Shown piece by piece: positions 1-8,962 of a stretch of 64,000 nucleotides of DNA (the first letter of the stretch is position 1; each line of letters begins with the position of its first letter). Source of the DNA: Candidatus Micrarchaeia archaeon (GTDB taxonomy: Archaea > Micrarchaeota > Micrarchaeia > Anstonellales > Bilamarchaeaceae); assembly GCA_041653635.1 (NCBI GenBank), contig JBAZFC010000001.1:433723-497722 (forward strand), in the 5' to 3' direction. Position numbers and translations under genes: made by a program. The notes beneath the pieces are model-generated. The model searched no databases. It was given only the letters and a program-made list of their open reading frames with translations, and was not told where the DNA came from.

Positions 1-642
1 CCGCCAGCGACACGAGCTTCCCTGCCAGCTTCCCGCCGACGAGGTGATCTATGTTCGGGCACACCTCCTTCGCAAGCTCGTTCATGTATTCCTCGTACGA
101 GTCCATGAGCGCATAAACCGCCTCTATCCCGCGGGCCAGCTCGCGTATCTTCTCCACGTCCTTGGTCTTCAGCTCCCCCCCGGTGCTCGCCTTCGCCCTC
201 GCGCATATGTCCAGGGCCTTCCCCTGCCCCACGAACTGTGAAATTGACGCCGGGTCCGGGTTCGCCTTGTCCAGGTTCAGCACCACTCCGATATAGCTGC
301 GCCTCTCCGTGGTCTTCAATTCCGGGAAATAGAGCGAATACATCTCCTCCAATTTTTCCGCCATGAGGTTGGAAACGCTCTCCAGCTCCTCAACCGTGCG
401 GGAAATCTGCGCGAGCATCACGTCCCTGCTCCTCAGCGCGGCAGAAGTCCTCTCCCTCGCCTTCTTCAGGAACCTCAATCTCCTGTCCATGTCCGGGTCG
501 CTTCCGCCCCTGTCCCTCCCTCCGCTGGGGCGCCCCCCGAACCCGCCCCTCCTGTCGCCGAAGCCGCTGGGCCTGCTGCTAAATCCGCCCGGGCGCCCGC
601 CGCCCCTTCCACCGCCAAATCCGCCTCTGCGTTCCATAATAA

Positions 643-1767
643 TCACTCAAATCTTTTGTTCCACATCTCTTTCGCCAGTTTCCCGGTGTGGGTGTATCTT
701 TCCACGTCCGCCCTTTCCTTCCTTTTGCGGTGCTCGCACAGGAACCCGTTTATTTTCTGCGCGAGGACTTCCTTCACCTCCCCGGTGAGCATCCTCCCGC
801 TACCATATTCCCCGGCGATTCTTTTTAATTCCACATCATCCGGCTCAAAAAGCACGCTGAGCCACTGGAACGGCACGTCCACGGACAGGTCCGCCCCCAA
901 TTTCCTGTGCTCCTCAAGGGTGGAGCGCCCGCCCGAGAACGCGTATTTCATTATCTTGTTCCGCACCGTCTTTTCGTCGTCGTCCAGCCAGATTGCGCTC
1001 TCCTTCATGGACGAGCTCATCTTCCCCTGCGCCCCCTGCAATGGAGAGAGGAATTTGGAGTGTATCTGCGCCGCCTTGTGGTATCCCAGCCCCTCGGCGA
1101 TGTCCCGCTGTATCCTCCAGTAGGGGTCCTGGTCTATCGCCGCAGGAATGAGGCACCTCCTCTTCTCAAAGAAGGTCGGCAGCATCTGGCACGCCGGGTA
1201 CATGCCCATCCCTATGTTCGTTTCATTTGTGAACCCGAACACCGCCTTCACCGTTGAATATGTGACCTTCTTCGCTATCTTCAATAGCATCGGATAAGTG
1301 TTCCCCATGTATTCGCTGTCCCTGTAGATGAAGGTGCGGTCCGGGTCAAAGCCCACCGCCGCTATTTCCGCGATGTTCTCCTCCGCCCATTTCCCGGTCT
1401 CCTCCCAGCCCATGTCCTTCTTGTACAGGAAGTTCTCGTCGTCCGTAATCTCTATGTACAAATTAACCTTGAACCGGTCCTGCAGCCATTTCGTGAAAAT
1501 CATCGGGATGAGGTGCCCGATGTGCATCTGGCCGCCCGGCTTCCTCCCGGTGTACAAATAGAAGCCCTTCCCCTTTTCATAGTCGTCCAGCACCAGGTCC
1601 AAATCCCTGTGCGAGAAGAAAAAGTCGCGGTGCAGCATCACGTGCGTGCCCCCCGCGTCCTTCTCCAGCCTGCCGCGCAGCTTCCCGTCTATCCTCTTTG
1701 TCCCGAATTCCTTCACGAGCTTTTCGTAATCCACCTTGCCCGAGACTTCCCACGGAGTGACTGCCAT
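643..1767 (-). CDS. trpS: Tryptophanyl-tRNA synthetase (archaeal/eukaryotic type)
   Basis: 374 aa. VTPWEV N-terminus, class I HIGH-type motif GHLIPM, KMSSS motif, and QDPYWR region typical of eukaryote-type TrpRS. Confidence 0.9.
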   Translation of the reverse strand: MAVTPWEVSGKVDYEKLVKEFGTKRIDGKLRGRLEKDAGGTHVMLHRDFFFSHRDLDLVLDDYEKGKGFYLYTGRKPGGQMHIGHLIPMIFTKWLQDRFKVNLYIEITDDENFLYKKDMGWEETGKWAEENIAEIAAVGFDPDRTFIYRDSEYMGNTYPMLLKIAKKVTYSTVKAVFGFTNETNIGMGMYPACQMLPTFFEKRRCLIPAAIDQDPYWRIQRDIAEGLGYHKAAQIHSKFLSPLQGAQGKMSSSMKESAIWLDDDEKTVRNKIMKYAFSGGRSTLEEHRKLGADLSVDVPFQWLSVLFEPDDVELKRIAGEYGSGRMLTGEVKEVLAQKINGFLCEHRKRKERADVERYTHTGKLAKEMWNKRFE

Positions 1768-1829
1768 GCATCAAGTTCCCATATAAACATTAAAAAATTG
1801 TTCCTAAAAAAACCACTCCTGTGACATAA

Positions 1830-2378
1830 ATGACTTTTGTCCCCAAGAAACTATTCTTTACAAAGGGTGTTGGCGTTTCCAACACGAGGTTGAGCTCCTT
1901 TGAGGAGGCGCTGCGTTCCGCAGGGATTGCGAAATTCAACCTTGTTACGGTGTCCAGCATCTTCCCGCCCAACGCGCAGCTCATAGACCGCGAGCAGGGC
2001 CTCGCGGAGATGCACGCCGGGCAGATTGTTTTCTGCGTCCTAGCGCGCCTTTCCTCATGCGAGCCGAACAGGCTCATATCCGCCTCCATCGGCACCGCGC
2101 TGCCCGCGGACCCGTCCGTGCACGGCTACCTGAGCGAGCACCACTCGTATGGATTGAACCAGGAGAAGTGCGGCGACTATTCCGAGGACCTCGCGGCATC
2201 CATGCTCGCATCCACTCAGGGTATAGAGTTCGACGTGGACGCGAACTGGGACGAGAAGGAGAAGTACTTCAAGATGAGCGGGAAGATCGTCAAGACCTTC
2301 AACACCACGCAGACCGCGGTCGTGGACAAGAACGGCAAATGGACCTCGGTGATTGCGGCGGCGGTATTGCTACCCTGA
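1830..2378 (+). CDS. pdaD: Pyruvoyl-dependent arginine decarboxylase
   Basis: 182 aa. FFTKGVG N-terminus and internal VSSIFPP self-cleavage-type serine motif resemble archaeal PvlArgDC. Confidence 0.7.
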   Translation: MTFVPKKLFFTKGVGVSNTRLSSFEEALRSAGIAKFNLVTVSSIFPPNAQLIDREQGLAEMHAGQIVFCVLARLSSCEPNRLISASIGTALPADPSVHGYLSEHHSYGLNQEKCGDYSEDLAASMLASTQGIEFDVDANWDEKEKYFKMSGKIVKTFNTTQTAVVDKNGKWTSVIAAAVLLP

Positions 2379-2441
2379 TTTTTTTGGTTTGCAAAACTAA
2401 TAGTAAATAAACTAAAAAGGAAAAAATGAGGGCCGAAGCCC

Positions 2442-2795
2442 TCACCTTCTCTTCTTTCTCTTTGGAGCAGCCTTCTTCTTCGCCGCTTTTCTTGCCGGCT
2501 TCCTGGCCACGGCCTTCTTCGCCGCAGGCGCCTTCTTCATGGCGGAATACGGCGGCGCGAACACTGCCGGCCTCGCCATCCCCGGCCTCGGGGGCGGGAG
2601 CGGCCTCATCGCGGGCCTCGCACCCGGCGGGAGCGGCCTGTATATCGGCGTAATGGGCCTCGGCGGGATTGAGCCCGGCCTCGGCGGAGGCAGCGGCCTC
2701 ATCGCCGGCCTCGGAGCGGAAGGGGCCGGCCTGGATGCAGGCGCACCCTCGTCCTTGCCCAGGAAGAACTCCTTAATCGATTTTAGTATGCCCAT
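2442..2795 (-). CDS. Proline-repeat protein with K/A-rich basic C-terminal tail (hypothetical)
   Basis: 117 aa. Tandem PAMRPLPPPRPG repeats, then AKKAVARKPARKAAKKKAAPKRKKRR tail. TATA-like TTTTTATATTTTC about 30 nt upstream on the minus strand. Confidence 0.5.
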   Translation of the reverse strand: MGILKSIKEFFLGKDEGAPASRPAPSAPRPAMRPLPPPRPGSIPPRPITPIYRPLPPGARPAMRPLPPPRPGMARPAVFAPPYSAMKKAPAAKKAVARKPARKAAKKKAAPKRKKRR

Positions 2796-2892
2796 GCTAT
2801 CACATCCCTCTCTTCAAAGGGAAAATATAAAAAGGTTATCAGGGGTCGCACGAGAGCGAACGCTTTTAATCAGGCGCCAACCAATCCAACCC

Positions 2893-3378
2893 ATGGATTT
2901 CCTGAGGGTAAGCTGGGACGATGCGTCGCAGATGTGCGAGCGCCTCGCATCCAGGGTATCCTCGTCCGGCTTCAGGCCGGACGTCATAATAGGGATAAGC
3001 AGGGGCGGCCTCGTTCCCGCCCGCCTCCTCTCCGACATTCTGGGCCTGCACGAATTATATGTGATGCGCGTTTCGCTTTACACGGGCATCGGGAAGAAGG
3101 CCGCAGCGCCCAAAATAACGCAGCCCCTCCCGGCGAAGCTCGGCGGGAAGAAGGCATTGCTCGTTGACGACGTTTCAGACACAGGAAAGAGCCTGGAAGT
3201 TGCAAAAAAGCACGTCCTGGACATGGGCGCCGGGGAAGTGAAGGTCGCAACCCTCCATTTCAAGCCGCACTCCGCCTTCCGCCCGGACTTTTTTGAGGGC
3301 GAAACGGGCGCGTGGATAATCTATCCCTGGGAAATCCACGAATGCAGGCGCGAGCTGGGAGATAAAATGCCGGAGTGA
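2893..3378 (+). CDS. Purine phosphoribosyltransferase (HGPRT/XPRT-like)
   Basis: 161 aa from internal ATG. PRPP-binding motif ALLVDDVSDTGKSL, typical type I PRTase fold length. Confidence 0.75.
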   Translation: MDFLRVSWDDASQMCERLASRVSSSGFRPDVIIGISRGGLVPARLLSDILGLHELYVMRVSLYTGIGKKAAAPKITQPLPAKLGGKKALLVDDVSDTGKSLEVAKKHVLDMGAGEVKVATLHFKPHSAFRPDFFEGETGAWIIYPWEIHECRRELGDKMPE

Positions 3379-3382
3379 TTGG

Positions 3383-3934
3383 ATGGAACTGGGTTACAAG
3401 GTCTATATGGCCCTTCTTGCGCTTTTCACCCTGCCGATATTCATAGTGCCTTTCCTCGCGGCGGCGGATTCCGGCGCCGCAGAGCCCCTCTATTCCTTCT
3501 ACGGGCTCACCTGCCACCAGTTCATCTCGCGTTCCATATGCTACTTCCCGGGATACGGGATTTCGGACTGCACATCCTCAGGCAGCCTCGCCCCGTACCC
3601 GCTGCACATCACCGAAAAGAATGGGATGGTCGGCTACCCGTTCCCTGTATGCTCAAGGGACATAGGCATATACTTGGCGGCGCTCGCGAGCGGCCTCCTC
3701 CTGTTTTTCCTAAAGAAATCAGATTCCATGGAAATCCCGAACCCGCTCTTCTTCATGCTCGCGCTCGTGCCCATAGCACTGGACGGGGGGACGCAGCTCA
3801 TAGGGCTGCGTGAGAGCACCAACCTCCTGCGCCTCCTCACGGGCGGCATAGCCGGCTTCGCCTTCTCTTTCTACTGCGTGCCGCTGATGAACAGGGCTTT
3901 CGCAAAGAAAGATGGGAAGAAGGATAAGAAATAG
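3383..3934 (+). CDS. DUF2085-like polytopic membrane protein
   Basis: 183 aa. CHQ...RS motif and several hydrophobic helices. Directly follows the PRTase gene. Confidence 0.5.
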   Translation: MELGYKVYMALLALFTLPIFIVPFLAAADSGAAEPLYSFYGLTCHQFISRSICYFPGYGISDCTSSGSLAPYPLHITEKNGMVGYPFPVCSRDIGIYLAALASGLLLFFLKKSDSMEIPNPLFFMLALVPIALDGGTQLIGLRESTNLLRLLTGGIAGFAFSFYCVPLMNRAFAKKDGKKDKK

Positions 3935-3943
3935 TATATCTTC

Positions 3944-5839
3944 TCACTTCAACCGTATCGCTTCCAGGTTCAGGGGCGCCCTCGCCTCCCTCCTAAGCAG
4001 CGATGCAGCCGCGCGTGCGAGGTCGTCCGCCTTGTTCCAGTCCCCGTGCATCGTAAACACGCGTTCAGGGGTGGGCTTGAGGTTGCTCAGGAACGCCATG
4101 AGCTGGTGCCTGTCGCTGTGGCCGGAGAACCCTTCCACGGTCTCCACGCGCATCCTGATGTTCATTATCTTCGCCCTTCCGTCGTCCCCGGTCACGGGTA
4201 TCTCCTTCATGCCGCGCTGTATCTTGTGCCCGAGGGAGAGTGGGCTCTGGTAGCCCACGAATATCAGCGTATTCTTTTCATCCTCGGCCATGAGGCGCAG
4301 GTATTCCACCGAGGGCCCGCCGTTCATCATCCCAGAAGGCGCCAGTATCACCGAGGGCTCGCCAGTAACTATGGTCTCCTTGTCCGTGCCCTTCGCCACC
4401 TTGAGCATCGGGGACTCAAACGGGCTGTTGTTGGAGAGTATGCGCCTCTCTATGCTCTCGCGCAGGTATTCCGGATAAGCGGTATGTATCGCCGATGTCT
4501 CCATGACCATGCCGTCTATGTACACGGGGATGTTGAAGTTCGGGTCCCTCCTCGCGTAGTCCTCCAGCACGAGCATTATCTCCTGGCTCCTGCCGACCGC
4601 GAACACGGGTATGAGGACCTTGCCGCCCTTCGCCGCCGTCTCCTTTATGATATTCACCAGCCGGTCCTCCATGTCCCTCCTGTTCGAGGTGACGTCGTTC
4701 TTCGCCCCGTATGTGCTCTCCAGGAACAAGGTCTCTATCCGCGGGAAATGTGTGTTCGCCGGCTCAAACAATTTCGTATAGCCGAACTTCATGTCCCCGC
4801 TATATACGAGATTATGCAGCCCCTCGCCTATGTGCAGGTGCACCATCGCGCTGCCGATTATGTGGCCCGCGTTGTAGAGCGTCATCTTTATCTCCGGGGT
4901 TATGTCCACCACTTCCCCGTACTCCACCGGCACGACGCGCCTCAATTCCTTCTGGATGTCCTTCTTCCCATAAGGTGGGTCCACACCCAGGGACTTCTTC
5001 ATCAGGTCCACGGAATCCGTCTGGAGGAGCGCCATCAGCTCGCGCGTAGGCGGCGTGCAATAGACGGGCCCGTCGTATCCATATGCATACAAGTACGGGA
5101 GGAATCCCATGTGGTCTATATGGCCGTGGCTGATTATGACCGCGTCCAGCTCTTCCAGCGGGAACCCCATGAAATTCAGGTAGGGGTACGCCTTGCTCGG
5201 CTCGCTTATCACCGGGTTGATTCCCACGTCTATGAGTATGCGGCTGTGCGGCGTCTGCACCAGCATGCACGAACGCCCGACCTCCCTGAACGCGCCCAGC
5301 ATGGACACGCGCACCCACTCGCTGGAGGGCGGGGGCTGGCATATCTTCTTGCCCAGCGAGAGCAGGAATTTCTTCCGGTCATCCGCCTCCGCCATATACC
5401 CCTTCCTTATGCCCCTTATGGTGGCCGAAGGTATCGTCGGGCTCCTGAGCACGACCGGGGACCATCCCGTCCTGGTTATGATTTCCTTGAGTACGCTCCC
5501 GCCCTTCCCTATCACGAGCCCGGGCTTCAGCGCCTCTATGAACACTTCCGAGAAGATGGATGCGAAGGTTATGGAGCTTATGACCGCCTCCTTGGGCACC
5601 ACGCTCTCTATCTCTTTTCGCGCCTTCTCGATGTCCGCCAGCCTGCTCTGGTCCACGCGCACGCTGACCTTCTTGCGCACCGCGCCCGCGAGCTGCTTTA
5701 TGAGCTGGTCGTTCCTGTAGAAGGCGTCGATGTTCTTCACATATATGACTATGTTCAGCCCTTCGGCCTCCACCTTGGTAATCCCGCACTCCGCGGGCAT
5801 TATGTCTGATACTGTTTTCTCTATGTCTTTCTGTTGCAT
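3944..5839 (-). CDS. Archaeal CPSF1-type beta-CASP ribonuclease with N-terminal KH domains (aCPSF1)
   Basis: 631 aa. KH-like GKGG motifs N-terminal, metallo-beta-lactamase HGHIDHMG motif, and beta-CASP C-terminal region. Confidence 0.9.
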   Translation of the reverse strand: MQQKDIEKTVSDIMPAECGITKVEAEGLNIVIYVKNIDAFYRNDQLIKQLAGAVRKKVSVRVDQSRLADIEKARKEIESVVPKEAVISSITFASIFSEVFIEALKPGLVIGKGGSVLKEIITRTGWSPVVLRSPTIPSATIRGIRKGYMAEADDRKKFLLSLGKKICQPPPSSEWVRVSMLGAFREVGRSCMLVQTPHSRILIDVGINPVISEPSKAYPYLNFMGFPLEELDAVIISHGHIDHMGFLPYLYAYGYDGPVYCTPPTRELMALLQTDSVDLMKKSLGVDPPYGKKDIQKELRRVVPVEYGEVVDITPEIKMTLYNAGHIIGSAMVHLHIGEGLHNLVYSGDMKFGYTKLFEPANTHFPRIETLFLESTYGAKNDVTSNRRDMEDRLVNIIKETAAKGGKVLIPVFAVGRSQEIMLVLEDYARRDPNFNIPVYIDGMVMETSAIHTAYPEYLRESIERRILSNNSPFESPMLKVAKGTDKETIVTGEPSVILAPSGMMNGGPSVEYLRLMAEDEKNTLIFVGYQSPLSLGHKIQRGMKEIPVTGDDGRAKIMNIRMRVETVEGFSGHSDRHQLMAFLSNLKPTPERVFTMHGDWNKADDLARAAASLLRREARAPLNLEAIRLK

Positions 5840-5898
5840 CTAAATCACGTTCTTTTCATTTTGCTAAGCAGGCTTCCGCCCTCTTTGAGAAGCAGAAA

Positions 5899-5912
5899 CC
5901 AAAAAAAAAAAC
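5899..5912 (-). terminator. Oligo-T (T11) terminator downstream of psmB
   Basis: A11 on the plus strand equals T11 on the minus strand, about 40 nt past the psmB stop. Matches the archaeal oligo-dT termination signal. Confidence 0.5.
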
Positions 5913-5949
5913 AAAACCTTGCCTTCCGGTTGTTTCGCCCAAATAATAT

Positions 5950-6630
5950 CTATTCCTTGCTAGGCTGTGCCGGGTGCTTCTTGAAGTCCTTGTCGCCAAG
6001 CAACTCGGTCCCGTGCGGCGTTATGATGAGCACGTCCACGCCTTCGCCGCTTCCTGCATCCCTCTTTATCGCGGCCCCTACCGCGCGGTATGCTATCGGA
6101 GCATTCTCCTTCACGCTGCCGTCCTTGACGAACATCTCTTCCAGCACGCCCATCGCTATCGGCGAGCCGCTTCCTGTCGCTGTGATGTCCTCTTCGGTCA
6201 CGCCGCCGAGCATGTCCACGCTGAACACGCGCGGTTTTTCGTCAACGCCCCCGATCAGCAGCTGCACGAAGAAAGGGTAATACTTGTTTCCGGACAGGAT
6301 GTTCGCGAGGAGCGTAGCCGCCCCCTCAACCGTTATCCTCCTGCCGTGCTTCAGCTCGTACATCTTTATCTCGGCGCGCATCCAGCGCACGAGCGCCTGT
6401 GCGTCGCCCACGCCGCCCGCAATCGTCATCCCTATGTAATCGCTTATCAGGTGTATCTTGGGCGTCTTCTTGTTGGCGATGTAGTAGCCCATCGTCGCCC
6501 TCTTGTCGCTCGCGAGGATTACGCCGTCCTTGCAGACAAGCCCTACTGTAGTCGTCCCGGTTTTCTTTATCATCTGTTCTTTGGAATCCATTTCCATAGG
6601 CTCACCAAAAGTAGTTGATATTCTATGCAC
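5950..6630 (-). CDS. psmB: Proteasome beta subunit
   Basis: 226 aa. Propeptide followed by the TTTVGL active-site threonine motif. Confidence 0.9.
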   Translation of the reverse strand: MHRISTTFGEPMEMDSKEQMIKKTGTTTVGLVCKDGVILASDKRATMGYYIANKKTPKIHLISDYIGMTIAGGVGDAQALVRWMRAEIKMYELKHGRRITVEGAATLLANILSGNKYYPFFVQLLIGGVDEKPRVFSVDMLGGVTEEDITATGSGSPIAMGVLEEMFVKDGSVKENAPIAYRAVGAAIKRDAGSGEGVDVLIITPHGTELLGDKDFKKHPAQPSKE

Positions 6631-6639
6631 TATAAGGGT

Positions 6640-6879
6640 TTATAAAGGTGCGGGCAATCCGCCTTTCTCGGCGAGCCAAACCCCGTCCAGAAGCCCATAT
6701 GCATAATCACTAGCGCCGAAAGATGAGAAATAATCCCCCTTTTTGAAGAAGTGCCCCGCATCTTTTGCGTATTGCTCTGCAAGCGCGAACACTTCTGGGC
6801 ATTCCTCCTTAATCCAAGCGCTCCGCTCAAGGTGAATCTTCAGTTTCGCAAGGCTTTTTCCCGCGCGTTCCTTTTCCAT
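6640..6879 (-). CDS. Small hypothetical protein directly 3' of tRNA-Arg
   Basis: 79 aa ORF whose ATG lies 2 nt after the tRNA 3' end. Protein-like composition, no recognised motifs. Confidence 0.3.
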   Translation of the reverse strand: MEKERAGKSLAKLKIHLERSAWIKEECPEVFALAEQYAKDAGHFFKKGDYFSSFGASDYAYGLLDGVWLAEKGGLPAPL

Positions 6880-6881
6880 AT

Positions 6882-6981
6882 CGGGCCCGGTGGGATTTGA
6901 ACCCACGACCGCCTGGTCACTCCTGCATTCAGGAGAAGGCATTCGAAGCCAGGCACGCTATCCAAGCTGCGCTACGGGCCC
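6882..6981 (-). tRNA. tRNA-Arg(TCG) with about 25-nt intron in the anticodon loop
   Basis: Acceptor stem GGGCCCG/CGGGCCC, D-arm GCGC..GCGT, anticodon stem CCTGG/CCAGG, T-arm GTGGG TTCAAAT CCCAC. There are 32 nt between the anticodon stem halves, i.e. loop CTTCGAA plus a 25-nt intron containing a CTCCTG/CAGGAG hairpin. Confidence 0.7.
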
Positions 6982-7025
6982 ATACCCGATGACTAATTAA
7001 GAATGGAAGTAAAATAAAAACCTGT

Positions 7026-7946
7026 TTATTGGGTGAGGATTCGCGCCCCGTTCTCTTCCACTACAACCGTGTGCTCCGCCTGCGCCACCAATCCGCCCCC
7101 CGCCTCTTTCAGCACAGGATATGCCTTCAGCACCTGCATCCTCAGCATCTCCTTCAGCGCGTTGCTCACGAGCAATTTGGAGGGGAACTTCTGCACGAGC
7201 CACCTCTCCGCAAAGGGGAGCATCCCGTAATTATCCAATATGTGATTTAATATCTGCCTGGACTGCCTCATGCGCAGCCCGCCCGGCAGATACAAGGAGA
7301 ATATCTCCACCTGCTCCGTATCCGAGACAAATCCCTTCCCGTCCGTAGCGAAGGGCTCCACCGCAAATATGTCCCCTGCCTGGAACTCGTACGGGTCCTC
7401 GGTCTTCACATTCGGTATGTCTATCCCCGCATGCAGCAGCCCCGTCTTTATCATGTGCCCGGTGAGGTTCGCAATCGGCTTGTACCCGTATCCTTTGATG
7501 GTCTCCTCAACTATCCCGCCGATTTCCCCGACCTTCACGCCCAGCTTTATGCCAGCAATCGCGTTGGCGAGCGCCTTTTCCGCCGCCTCCACCAATTTCC
7601 CGTTCTTGCCGCCCAAATCTATTGTGTACGCGGTGTCCGCTATCGCCCCATTCACGCTCGTCCCGAAATCTATCTTTACTACGTCCGTCTCCTTGAACAG
7701 CGCCTGGTCCCCCTTTTCCGGGGTGTAATGCGCGGCGATTTCATTAATTGAAACATTTGTAGGAAAAGCGGGGAACGCCCCCTCCTCAACTATCATCCCC
7801 TCTATTGTTTCGGCAACGTCAAGGAGGCTCGCATCGGCCATCACGAGCGCCTTGCTCTCCTCCCTTATCTTTGCGGCAATCTTCCCCGCCTGCTCAAATT
7901 CTGAAAGCGGAGCCTCAACAAATTCGTCCATAGGAAGATTTCCCAC
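7026..7946 (-). CDS. map: Methionine aminopeptidase, type 2
   Basis: 306 aa. Archaeal MetAP2 length with the pita-bread fold metal ligand context (DFGTSVNG, HYTP). Confidence 0.9.
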   Translation of the reverse strand: MGNLPMDEFVEAPLSEFEQAGKIAAKIREESKALVMADASLLDVAETIEGMIVEEGAFPAFPTNVSINEIAAHYTPEKGDQALFKETDVVKIDFGTSVNGAIADTAYTIDLGGKNGKLVEAAEKALANAIAGIKLGVKVGEIGGIVEETIKGYGYKPIANLTGHMIKTGLLHAGIDIPNVKTEDPYEFQAGDIFAVEPFATDGKGFVSDTEQVEIFSLYLPGGLRMRQSRQILNHILDNYGMLPFAERWLVQKFPSKLLVSNALKEMLRMQVLKAYPVLKEAGGGLVAQAEHTVVVEENGARILTQ

Positions 7947-7954
7947 CGAAGTGA

Positions 7955-8902
7955 TTATATTACTGCTTGCCGGGCGTTGGCAACGGGTATCTCATCCACC
8001 TGCGTGATTGCATTTATGACGTCGTAGTTCTTGCCGCGCCCCTCCCGCTTGATGCTGCCGAGCATCCCCTTCCAATGCCTCAGGGTGGATTCCGGCTGGG
8101 GGATGCCCCCCCTGCTGCATGCGAAGACCATCCCGCAAAGAAGCCTCGGGAAGAACCTCAGGTTGAACCCGCGGTCCCACCTTTGGGACACCCTCCCGTA
8201 GACCTCATCCAGCATTTCGTACGCCTTTTGCGGATTTCCCCTGCACATTTCCGAATACGCCATTATCATGGCCGCCTTCGTCCTCTCGTCCAGCGTCGCG
8301 TGCATGCCCACCGTCACCGCGGCCGTCTCAATCGCCCTTTCGTAGTGCCCCAGCTTCCTCAGGGCTTCCGCGTATTTGAGCGTCACGCTTGGCGTCATCC
8401 TGTACTTCTGGGGGATGTCCACGTAGAGCGCCACCATCTCGTCGTATTTGCCCCTGGCGTAGAGCCCGGACATAAGGTTGCTGTGGTTGTGCACGCAGTC
8501 CATGCCCCTCCCCGCCGCCTCGGCAATAGTCCCGCGCGCCTCATCAAACATCCCGCATCTTGCGTAGGCGTCCACCATGCCGCCGTAAATCTCCCTTGTC
8601 ACGATTCCCGTGCTCACCGCATCCCGGAACATCTGCTCGGCATACCCTATTTCTCCCAGCCTCCCGTGCAGCATGATCAGCATTGAAAGGGCCACCTTAT
8701 GTTCCGGGTCCCTCTCCAGGATGTCGGCAACCCTCTCCTTTGCCTCCCTGTACCTCTTCGCCTCCACGAGCTTGAACACCGGCTTCAGCCTCTCATGCAT
8801 GGGCCTCTCGGCGCGGGGTTTCCAAGAGTCGGAAGCCATGCCTTCCCGCTCCCTCCTATCGTTTACGCCAAAGCTGGCATGTGCTAGCGTTCTCCTGCTC
8901 AT
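7955..8902 (-). CDS. PPR/TPR-like helical repeat protein
   Basis: 315 aa. About five 35-residue repeats with PPR-like signature (e.g. EIYGGMVDAYARCGMFDEA, NLMSGLYARGKYDEM). Confidence 0.5.
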   Translation of the reverse strand: MSRRTLAHASFGVNDRREREGMASDSWKPRAERPMHERLKPVFKLVEAKRYREAKERVADILERDPEHKVALSMLIMLHGRLGEIGYAEQMFRDAVSTGIVTREIYGGMVDAYARCGMFDEARGTIAEAAGRGMDCVHNHSNLMSGLYARGKYDEMVALYVDIPQKYRMTPSVTLKYAEALRKLGHYERAIETAAVTVGMHATLDERTKAAMIMAYSEMCRGNPQKAYEMLDEVYGRVSQRWDRGFNLRFFPRLLCGMVFACSRGGIPQPESTLRHWKGMLGSIKREGRGKNYDVINAITQVDEIPVANARQAVI

Positions 8903-8962
8903 AATACACCTTTAGTGTGTAATTAACACAATAAGGGTTTTAATAAGTTTGCACTTGTGTGC

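Noticed and set aside
2539-2892. 279-aa plus-strand Gly-rich ORF (GLGGGSGLIAGL repeats) upstream of the PRTase gene
   Set aside because: It is the antisense mirror of the proline-repeat gene (CCN/NGG complementarity). The minus-strand gene has a properly spaced TATA box. The genuine PRTase starts at the internal ATG 2893.
4046-5809. 587-aa plus-strand ORF antisense to aCPSF1. Similar long antisense ORFs occur opposite the P-type ATPase (51489-53471), Lhr and carB
   Set aside because: Arg/His/Pro-rich low-complexity translation typical of the antisense frame of high-GC genes. The opposite-strand genes are unambiguous homologues of known proteins.
6880-6942. N-terminal part of the 6640-6942 ORF, the N-terminal part of the 19714-20259 ORF and ORFs 50436-50979
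   Set aside because: These segments are the reverse-complement or overlap of tRNA genes (GSNPTGP and similar translations of the T-arm). Only the tRNA-free downstream portions were kept as low-confidence ORFs.
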